From Flavobacteriales bacterium (lineage in GTDB: Bacteria; Bacteroidota; Bacteroidia; Flavobacteriales_D; UBA2798), in NCBI GenBank assembly GCA_019694795.1, contig JAIBBF010000003.1:40837-104836 (forward strand): DNA of 64,000 bases, given 5' to 3'. Below, piece after piece: positions 58,501-64,000 of this stretch (within the stretch, counting starts at the first letter, position 1; the number at the start of each line of letters is the position of its first letter). A program made the position numbers and the translations under genes. Below the pieces are notes generated by a model. That model searched no databases and was not told the DNA's origin. It worked only from the letters and a program-made list of their open reading frames with translations.

Positions 58501-60413
58501 CACAAAATGCAGTTGCAGGAACATGTGCAGCTACTGTTTCATGGACTACACCTGTTGCAACGGATAATTGTTCTGCAACGGTTACCCAAACATCAGGAGC
58601 CATTTCTGGAAGTAGTTTTAGTGTGGGAACAAGTACAGTTACCTATACTGCAACCGACCCTGCAGGTAATACAGCCACATGTTCCTTTACAGTAACAGTA
58701 GTTGATGCCCAGGCACCGGTAATCACTTCATGTCCTTCCAATATTTCAGTGAATGCAAGTGCAGGAATTTGTGGTGCTGTTGCATCATGGACGGCACCTT
58801 CTGTTACAGACAACTGCTCGGGAGCTACCATAACTCAAACTTCTGGACCAGCATCTGGCAGTACATTTCCTGTTGGAGTAACTACCATTGTGTATACTGC
58901 AACTGATGGAGCAGGATTAACGGCTACATGCACCTTTACCGTAACAGTAACCGATAACCAGGCACCTACTATTTCAGGTTGTCCGTCTAATCAAACATTG
59001 CCTAACACCAATAACGTTTGCGGACGAGTTGTAAACTGGACAGCACCAACCGCCACAGATAACTGTACGGGTGCTACAATTACCCAAACATCAGGACCTG
59101 CATCAGGAAGTACGTTTCCGATAGGAGTAACCAATATTGTTTATACAGCAACGGATGCTTCCGGAAATACATCAACCTGTTCGTTTTCTATTACGATAAC
59201 GGATACACAAAACCCAACCATTGTTGGTTTACCAAGTAATATGTCTGTTCCTGCCAATAGTGGGGGATGTACAGGAACCGCCAGCTGGACCGCACCTACC
59301 GCTACCGACAACTGCTCTGGTGTTACTATTACACAAACAGCAGGTCCGGCATCCGGTTCTTCTTTCCCAAGCGGATTAACTACCATTACCTATACGGCTA
59401 CCGATGCTTCGGGTAATACGGCAACAGGTTCATTTACGGTGAATGTGGTAGATAATATTGCACCGGTGTTTTCTAACTGTCCCTCTAACATCACAGCTTG
59501 TGAAGGAACCACAGTTACATTTCCAACACCAACTGCAACCGATAACTGTACAGCTTCTCCTACAATTACACAAACAGCAGGATTGCCAAGTGGAAGCGTA
59601 TTCCCTCTTGGAGTAACCACAGTAATATTTAAAGCAACAGATGCTTCTGGTAACTTTACCAATTGTACGTTTACCGTTACTATTAATGCTGCGCCAACGG
59701 TTAGCTTTACTACTCCAGATCCAACTGCATGTGAAAACGATGGATTTATTAATCTCAGTACAGGGGCGAGTCCAAGTGGAGGAATTTTTAGCGGAACAGG
59801 AGTAACAGGATCTTCGTTTGATCCGGGAGCTGCTGGTCCTGGTACCTTCTCTGTTACCTACACCGTTACTAATGGAAATGGATGTTCAGCTGCAGATTCA
59901 GACAATATTCAGGTATTTGCTGCACCTTCGGTGACGTTTACGGTGAATGATAATTTAGTTTGTGTTTATAATGCAGCCTTCACCTTAAGTGGTGGAAGTC
60001 CTTCTGGCGGAAGTTATTCTGGTACGGGTGTGTTGGGTGGACAATTTACGCCAGGTTCAGCAGGTGTAGGAACTCATACAATAACCTATTCCATTACCGA
60101 TGCAAACAGTTGTACCGGATCTGCTACTGATATCGTTGATGTATCTGCATGTACTTCTGTAGATGAAATTTCCGAAGAGCAAATGCGTATTTATCCCAAT
60201 CCTACCAATGGTAGATTTGTGGTAGAATTTAATACAGGTATAAGTACAACCAATTTGCAAATATTTAATTCAGTAGGGCAAATGGTGCATATGGTAGTTG
60301 TAAATGGAACACGTGCTGATATTGATTTATCCAGCCTGTCGAGCGGAATTTATTTTATTCATTTGGAATTAAATGGAGTTCGGCAAACTCAAAAAATTGT
60401 GATAGAACGCTAA
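55530..60413 (+). CDS. Giant T9SS type A cargo adhesin: 14 FG-GAP/VCBS-like repeats, Ig-like domains, six HYR domains, Por_Secre_tail
   Basis: Start chosen at ATG 55530 (MRKTLLGLLLISAATSGAFGQ). Repeats are of the GDFNGDG..D type. HYR units carry the CPS...C.....W..P.ATDNC...ITQT.G..SGS.FP.G...I.Y.ATD..GN...C.F core. The C-terminus RIYPNPTNGRFVV...IFNSVGQMV...SSGIYFIHL is a type A sorting domain. Confidence 0.85.
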   Translation: MRKTLLGLLLISAATSGAFGQNICLRANNDFTSANGTNGVTNPKFCAKGDFNGDGILDVLTSNPNVTNVSSVSVFFGQGNGLFTFQDTVTITPSASNAQALAVADFNSDGKSDFVVVKRISTSSNVRVMVGDGTGNFNLYADLSVASLLLTDVVTGDFNNDGSVDIVTFAASSPGTLTFFANNGAGFDAGVNTAPTFTGLGYYAKAAQVDASVDNNLDVVITRNGSDRLTLMRGTGTGTFTTGFNILIGTAPRDLDLGDLNGDGFVDVAVAMSGSDSVHVVFTNGSGAVTSISRFRSGGDGPQSLSLVDIDNDGDKDIVVANLTDYVVGLLVNDGTGNFTLKRYEGFKDPQELIVGNFDSDAFADVVFTSAGTKSLMFMGNNGAGGFNSYNNIFYPTFTALPNGSTSGDFNGDGKTDVVSSNVSTTSFSLFSGNGLGDFTFVASTSAGNTIAGIASGDFDGDGKRDVMTVESTSQNMVIYPGDGAGGFNVPSTLALPGNPAALKVKDLDNDGDLDAVVTSFDASAVYVYKNTAGVFSLASTLTSGLNGSNSTSISEFSGDNIPDLAICNNTNGTVRIYIGTGNCNFTSGNSVNVSSSPDMVTTGDFNGDGFNDVAVCYGTGGATNNDVSYALGNGSGSFGSVTNLDIVQANTISYIVGVDLNQDGITDIATANTGTHDVSILKGSLSGPAYQQGFFSGYKSVHIVDAYINNDLMPDLVVCNSDATGGGSSVAVLLNRSAKITNSGADSFCAGNSVTLTSTEAYSYQWNTVATSQSIVVNTSNNYTVTTGNFNNSCSSVSLPYTITVNAAPTVSGVSGNTTICASATTTLTANSSASSPSYQWFDASSGGTLLGSNANYTTPVLVSNTSYFVEVTDGTTGCVSSPRFQVDVVIGDITAPTISGCPSDMTVNVTAGTCGAVASWTSPTATDNCGAASVTQTIGLPSGSTFPVGVHNIQYTATDGASNTSTCSFNITVVDNELPVFTSCPSNITQNAVAGTCAATVSWTTPVATDNCSATVTQTSGAISGSSFSVGTSTVTYTATDPAGNTATCSFTVTVVDAQAPVITSCPSNISVNASAGICGAVASWTAPSVTDNCSGATITQTSGPASGSTFPVGVTTIVYTATDGAGLTATCTFTVTVTDNQAPTISGCPSNQTLPNTNNVCGRVVNWTAPTATDNCTGATITQTSGPASGSTFPIGVTNIVYTATDASGNTSTCSFSITITDTQNPTIVGLPSNMSVPANSGGCTGTASWTAPTATDNCSGVTITQTAGPASGSSFPSGLTTITYTATDASGNTATGSFTVNVVDNIAPVFSNCPSNITACEGTTVTFPTPTATDNCTASPTITQTAGLPSGSVFPLGVTTVIFKATDASGNFTNCTFTVTINAAPTVSFTTPDPTACENDGFINLSTGASPSGGIFSGTGVTGSSFDPGAAGPGTFSVTYTVTNGNGCSAADSDNIQVFAAPSVTFTVNDNLVCVYNAAFTLSGGSPSGGSYSGTGVLGGQFTPGSAGVGTHTITYSITDANSCTGSATDIVDVSACTSVDEISEEQMRIYPNPTNGRFVVEFNTGISTTNLQIFNSVGQMVHMVVVNGTRADIDLSSLSSGIYFIHLELNGVRQTQKIVIER
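55670..57700 (+). repeat. 14 in-frame FG-GAP/VCBS-like repeats (two putative 7-bladed propellers)
   Basis: 14 Asp-rich loops counted: GDFNGDGILD, ADFNSDGKSD, GDFNNDGSVD, VDASVDNNLD, GDLNGDGFVD, VDIDNDGDKD, GNFDSDAFAD, GDFNGDGKTD, GDFDGDGKRD, KDLDNDGDLD, EFSGDNIPD, GDFNGDGFND, VDLNQDGITD, YINNDLMPD. Confidence 0.75.
58209..59687 (+). repeat. Six tandem in-frame HYR-domain units (~82 aa / ~246 nt each)
   Basis: Units begin DITAPTISGCPS, NELPVFTSCPS, AQAPVITSCPS, NQAPTISGCPS, TQNPTIVGLPS and NIAPVFSNCPS. Protein similarity is strong but third codon positions differ. Confidence 0.85.
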
Positions 60414-60491
60414 TGCATTATCTCTAGTTTTGAGTATGAATTATGAATTAAAAATCAATTCCCCGAAACTGTTTTAAACAAGGGGTTTTTC

Positions 60492-60507
60492 AACTAAAGA
60501 ATTAGTT
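60492..60507. repeat. Palindrome AACTAA-agaa-TTAGTT (perfect copy)
   Basis: Lies 79 nt after the adhesin stop and ends 11 nt before the terminator stem at 60519. Confidence 0.9.
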
Positions 60508-60518
60508 ATATTATTAAA

Positions 60519-60542
60519 ATCCCGGTTTAGCCGGGATTTTTT
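60519..60542 (+). terminator. Intrinsic terminator
   Basis: Stem atcccgg/ccgggat with a 5-nt loop, followed by T5 and a further T-rich run. It ends 11 nt before the proC ATG. Confidence 0.75.
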
Positions 60543-60553
60543 ATTTTTTAAAG

Positions 60554-61354
60554 ATGAAAGTTGCAATTATTGGATTTGGAAATATTGGAAGAATATACGC
60601 CAGATCATTCGTGAAATTAGGATTAGTAGAGCGAAATAATATTTTTATTTCCGCCCGGTCTGCCGAGAAGAGCAAAGAAGAAGGATTTTCTACGCTAAAT
60701 GAAAATCCGGAATTGATTAGCGTGGCAGATGTGATAATTATAGCGGTTAAACCACAGGATTTCCCCAGTCTTATTCCAAATCTTCAGAATAAATTGCGTC
60801 CTGAGCAAGTCGTATTATCCGTAATGGCGGGAGTCACCATTGAACAAATTTCCAAGGCACTTCATCATCCTACAGTCGTGAGGGCCATGCCCAATTCGCC
60901 TATTGAAATAGGTATGGGTGTTACTGGTTTTTGTGCATCGCCACAGGTGAATTTAGATCAGATCAGAATGGTCGAACAGTTATTATCTACCACTGGAAGA
61001 ACGGCGTTTTTTAAGAATGAAGAGTTGATGGATGCAGTTACTGCTTTAAGTGGAAGTGGACCAGCTTACTTTTTCTATTTTGTTCAATGCATGATAGAGG
61101 CGGGAATTGAAATGGGATTTGAAGCTTCTGTTTCATCTTTGTTGGTAAAACAAACCATGTTAGGTGCATTCCATTTATTAAATAGTTCCGATTTACCCTT
61201 AGAAGATTTAATTAAAACCGTAGCTTCGAAAGGAGGAACGACCGAAGCTGCTTTTCGGATTTTTCACCAAGGGAAATTAAACGAAGTAGTAAAGGATGGA
61301 ATTTTTGCTGCAAAAAACAGAGGTGCAGAATTGTCGAATTTAATTACACATTAA
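60554..61354 (+). CDS. proC: Pyrroline-5-carboxylate reductase
   Basis: Motifs IIGFGNIG (Rossmann), AVKPQD, MPNSP, GSGPAYFFYF and ASKGGTTEAA. Confidence 0.93.
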   Translation: MKVAIIGFGNIGRIYARSFVKLGLVERNNIFISARSAEKSKEEGFSTLNENPELISVADVIIIAVKPQDFPSLIPNLQNKLRPEQVVLSVMAGVTIEQISKALHHPTVVRAMPNSPIEIGMGVTGFCASPQVNLDQIRMVEQLLSTTGRTAFFKNEELMDAVTALSGSGPAYFFYFVQCMIEAGIEMGFEASVSSLLVKQTMLGAFHLLNSSDLPLEDLIKTVASKGGTTEAAFRIFHQGKLNEVVKDGIFAAKNRGAELSNLITH

Positions 61355-61355
61355 G

Positions 61356-61784
61356 ATGGAATTAGGAAATCACTATCGTAGAGAATTAGAAATGCTAAAG
61401 AAGGAATTAGAGCAGATTTCTGATGATAATTTATATTCAACAGTAAATGGAGTTTCAAATTCATGCGGTACACTGGCGCATCATTTAATTGGGAATTTAA
61501 ACCATTTTATAGGTTTTCATTTAAAGGGAATATCCTACACCCGTAATCGGGAACTTGAATTTTCGGATCGTGAAACGAATAAAGTTGAACTAATTAAGCG
61601 GGTAGATGATTTGGTTTCCTGGCTACCTGATTTTTTGAATACAATTCCGGATAGCGAATTAAATGCTGATTACCCGATTGAATTTTTAGGGAGTAGAAGA
61701 ACGAAAGGAGATATGATCATTCAAATGCTTGCACATTTAAATTATCACCTTGGACAAATCAATTATTTACGAAGAGTAAACTAG
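61356..61784 (+). CDS. DinB superfamily (DinB_2/DUF1572-like) protein
   Basis: 142 aa four-helix pattern with the His triad context (LAHHLIGNLNHF ... LAHLNYHLGQINYLRR). Confidence 0.7.
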   Translation: MELGNHYRRELEMLKKELEQISDDNLYSTVNGVSNSCGTLAHHLIGNLNHFIGFHLKGISYTRNRELEFSDRETNKVELIKRVDDLVSWLPDFLNTIPDSELNADYPIEFLGSRRTKGDMIIQMLAHLNYHLGQINYLRRVN

Positions 61785-62167
61785 TTAGCTGGGATAAAAA
61801 CATTGATGAATTCCGTTTTGGCCGGATTCACATTTATCCCTGAAATCACAACCGGATTCAAACTGTTTTTTGCGCAGGCTTTAACTTCGTATTTACCTCC
61901 GGAAAGGGAGGAGAAGGAATAATTGCCGTTTTTTCCGGATTTTGTTTTAGCTATTAATACGCCATTTTTCAATAGGCATAGGTTTACACCTTTCATTCCA
62001 ACGGAATTTTGTCCGCTTGTTACTTTACCCTGAATAATTGCACTACCTTTTTCTTTAACAGTTTTACCTGCGCAATCGCATTGTTCCGTTGGGGAGGAAA
62101 ACGAGAGGCATAGTCCTGCGAGTACAAAATAGGGCAGGAGAATAAAAAGCGATTTTATTTTAACCAT
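61781..62167 (-). CDS. Small exported carboxypeptidase-regulatory-like (Ig-like beta-sandwich) protein
   Basis: Signal peptide. IQGKVTSGQNSVGMKGVNLCLLKNG...SGKNGNYSF..LSGGKYEV matches the CarboxypepD_reg pattern. Confidence 0.5.
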   Translation of the reverse strand: MVKIKSLFILLPYFVLAGLCLSFSSPTEQCDCAGKTVKEKGSAIIQGKVTSGQNSVGMKGVNLCLLKNGVLIAKTKSGKNGNYSFSSLSGGKYEVKACAKNSLNPVVISGINVNPAKTEFINVFIPAN

Positions 62168-63486
62168 TCAATGGTGCTTAGGTCGATCATGTAAATATCA
62201 CGCTCACCTACTCCGCCTGGACGATTACTTGACATGAATGCATATTTTCCATCAGGAGAAATTCTGAAATGCGTTTCATCGTTTACGGTGTTGATAGGAT
62301 AACCTAAATTTCTTGGATTTCCCCAATCAGTACCGGTCCATTCTGCCACATAAATATCATAACCTCCCATCGAATTAAATCCTTTAGAGGAAAAGAAAAG
62401 CCATTTGCCATTAGGATGTAACCAAACTGTAGTTTCGTTTTCGGTAGAGTTCAGTGATGGACAAGGAATCGGGGTCGACCATTTCGAACCGTTTTTGGTG
62501 GCTTTAAACACATCAGAACCGAATTTCTCACCATTACGTTCACTCACGAAATACAATGTTTTTTCGTCGGGAGAAAGGGTTGGACAAGCATCGAAATACG
62601 AGGAGTTAATCGGCTTCGGAAGAAGTTTAGCCATGTTCCATTTTCCGCTTTTCGACATTTTTGAAACAGCTAAATCAGAGCTTTTCGTATAGCGGTTAAT
62701 GTTTTGTGTAATGTACATGGTTGTTCCATCTGCTGAGATATGTGAACAGTTATCAAATTCATCTGAATTTAATTTACCTTCTACTTGTTCTGCTTCTGTC
62801 CATGTACCGTCTTCATTTAATTTGCAGTAAAAAATATCTTCGAAGTAGGTATTGTCTTCGGCTTGCATACCACCCGTACTTTGTGGTCGGCGAGAAGTGA
62901 AATAAATAATATTTCCCGCCGGAGCAATAACCGGTGAATAATCATCGAATTTGGAATTGATATGAGTGCCTGCGTTTTTAATGGTAACGTTCAGGGCTTT
63001 GGCCATGACTTCTTTAGCAGTTTTTACCTGGCTCAGATAAAAGTCAATATCTGAATCTGCAAGCTTTTCAGGTTTTATTGTGCTTTTGTATTTTTCTAAA
63101 TGTGTTTTTGCATCATCTAGTTTTTCTAAACGATGCAGCACTTTTCCCCATAAAAATTCTATTTCAGGTGAGGTTGCCGGATCTAAAGCGAATGCCTTTT
63201 CTACATATTCCAAACTCAGGTCCCAATGTGAAAGTTCAAAATGACATTCAGCAATTTTAAAATGGGCTAATGCATTGGTTTTATCTTCAGCTATAATTTC
63301 ACGATAGGTGTTTAAGGCCCCGCGGTAATCGCCGGCATATTGTTTGTTTTTGGCTTCCACCATTTTTGCAGCAATTACGCCTTTGTCGAGTACACTAAGT
63401 GTAGTATCTGGCGACGCAAAATTGCTTGCACTTGCGCTATGATAGCCCAAAAACAGAAAACCTGACAGCAAAAGGATAGATTTCAT
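62155..63486 (-). CDS. Periplasmic TPR plus PD40 (TolB-like beta-propeller) repeat protein
   Basis: Signal peptide and N-terminal TPR motifs. Repeated PD40 signatures (SPVIAPAGNIIYFTSRR, LSPDEKTLYFVSER, ISPDGKYAFMSSNRPGG). No OmpA domain. 13-nt overlap with the downstream gene. Confidence 0.7.
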   Translation of the reverse strand: MKSILLLSGFLFLGYHSASASNFASPDTTLSVLDKGVIAAKMVEAKNKQYAGDYRGALNTYREIIAEDKTNALAHFKIAECHFELSHWDLSLEYVEKAFALDPATSPEIEFLWGKVLHRLEKLDDAKTHLEKYKSTIKPEKLADSDIDFYLSQVKTAKEVMAKALNVTIKNAGTHINSKFDDYSPVIAPAGNIIYFTSRRPQSTGGMQAEDNTYFEDIFYCKLNEDGTWTEAEQVEGKLNSDEFDNCSHISADGTTMYITQNINRYTKSSDLAVSKMSKSGKWNMAKLLPKPINSSYFDACPTLSPDEKTLYFVSERNGEKFGSDVFKATKNGSKWSTPIPCPSLNSTENETTVWLHPNGKWLFFSSKGFNSMGGYDIYVAEWTGTDWGNPRNLGYPINTVNDETHFRISPDGKYAFMSSNRPGGVGERDIYMIDLSTIEWLK

Positions 63487-63547
63487 CAGAATGTGTATTT
63501 AAACAAATATAACTTAAAATTTCATTTTAAGGCAAGAGGGAAGGACC

Positions 63548-64000
63548 TTAATCCTTTTGGGCATAGGGGTTTTTGTTGAGGTCCACAATTTCATGCATAC
63601 CAATGGTGCCGGCAATTACGGCAAGGACGGGCGCAAAAATCACTCCGATATCATAAGGGATAAAGAACATCGCCGAGAAAACAAATCCGTTTCCAATGGC
63701 AAATCCGGCATGCTCTCTTACAAATTCAACGCTTTTCTCAATGTTTAATCTCCTTCTTTCATTTACATAATCCATCATGGAAAATCCATAGAAATAACAT
63801 CCTACGGCGAAAAGGAAAAAGGGAGTAAGAGGTCTTGCGTCAGCAACAAACAAGATAAAAATGTACCATGCAGCGAAAATGGAATATTCCAAAATAAAAT
63901 TTCCTGTTGCTATCCGTAAGGCTCGTTTAATATCTTTCCAAAATTGAGCCCAGTCCGATTTATACGTGTTTCCGGTGATCAGCAATTCGGTTTTCAAACT
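63548..64000 (-). CDS. Integral membrane protein, N-terminus beyond window edge (possibly EI24/CysZ-like)
   Basis: The ORF runs to the window end and the listed start is a TTG at the edge. Four hydrophobic segments. Family assignment is weak. Confidence 0.4.
   Translation of the reverse strand, partial: SLKTELLITGNTYKSDWAQFWKDIKRALRIATGNFILEYSIFAAWYIFILFVADARPLTPFFLFAVGCYFYGFSMMDYVNERRRLNIEKSVEFVREHAGFAIGNGFVFSAMFFIPYDIGVIFAPVLAVIAGTIGMHEIVDLNKNPYAQKD

Noticed and set aside
58340-59662. Four antisense ORFs (58340-58603, 58643-58831, 59141-59386, 59390-59662) with repetitive Val/Ala/Thr-rich products
   Set aside because: They lie opposite the HYR repeats and mirror their periodicity. They have no independent start context or signal and are artefacts of stop-poor antisense frames in repetitive coding sequence.
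58209-59687. Periodic ~246-nt repetition considered as a CRISPR array or non-coding tandem repeat
   Set aside because: The period is in-frame within one long ORF and encodes HYR domains. There are no short direct repeats with unique spacers, and nucleotide identity between units is low.
60456-60490. Possible first terminator after the giant adhesin (cccc...gggg followed by T5)
   Set aside because: It has only a 4-bp GC clamp around a 17-nt poorly paired loop. The hairpin at 60519-60542 is far more convincing.
61775-61782. AACTAGTT palindrome at the convergent DinB/minus-strand gene junction, considered as a spacer-less member of the AACTAA-N4-TTAGTT family
   Set aside because: It is only an 8-mer, which is expected by chance in AT-rich DNA, and its geometry is different. 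Isolated AACTAA or TTAGTT half-sites elsewhere (e.g. 656, 7876, 11213, 61588) were likewise not counted.
1-64000. Searched for mobile elements, prophage, defence systems (RM, CRISPR-Cas, toxin-antitoxin, retron-like) and genomic-island boundaries
   Set aside because: No integrase, transposase, recombinase, nuclease-helicase pair, reverse transcriptase, direct-repeat boundary or tRNA attachment site was recognisable. The T9SS adhesin region is accessory-like in content but has no visible mobility signature.

Overview
This is a 64-kb chromosomal segment from a Bacteroidota genome. The phylum is inferred from T9SS type A and type B C-terminal sorting domains, a PorP/SprF gene, TAnnTTTG -7 promoter boxes, and the murI-skp-skp-bamA-uppS-DUF6089-nadK-CBS/pdxJ synteny block. 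It holds about 50 densely packed protein genes. By eye I found no rRNA, tRNA, CRISPR array, transposase, integrase or recognisable defence gene.

Layout:
- 0-4 kb: two paralogous beta-barrel OMP genes around a WecA/MraY-type transferase.
- 4-9 kb: cytochrome c oxidase accessory cluster (cyoE, two CoxIII, CoxIV, two SCO, DUF420).
- 9-13 kb: metH behind a SAM-I riboswitch and terminator.
- 13-16 kb: acyltransferase, then a BlaI-like repressor and an M56-TonB sensor.
- 16-20 kb: sucAB.
- 20-26 kb: unknown OMP, a TPR-like protein, and an ECF sigma / anti-sigma / barrel-less plug module.
- 26-30 kb: Cys-rich small protein, TonB-dependent receptor and HMA metal locus.
- 30-42 kb: conserved envelope block.
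- 42-48.6 kb: secreted EEP nuclease, TonB-dependent receptor and two OB-fold surface proteins.
- 48.8-60.4 kb: T9SS adhesin island (two type B cargos, a PorP/SprF with an unusual C-terminal extension, and a 1627-aa FG-GAP/HYR type A cargo).
- 60.5-64 kb: proC, DinB and a TPR/PD40 protein.

I cannot point to a clearly undescribed multi-gene system. The signals I consider most worth follow-up are:
- a dispersed 16-bp palindrome AACTAA-N4-TTAGTT placed at gene 3' ends and next to terminators;
- the PorP/SprF-coiled-coil-SPOR-like fusion;
- the nuclease/TBDR/OB-fold locus;
- the Cys-rich/TBDR/HMA locus;
- the ECF module with a barrel-less plug protein.

All family names come from motif recognition by eye. 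No searches were run.
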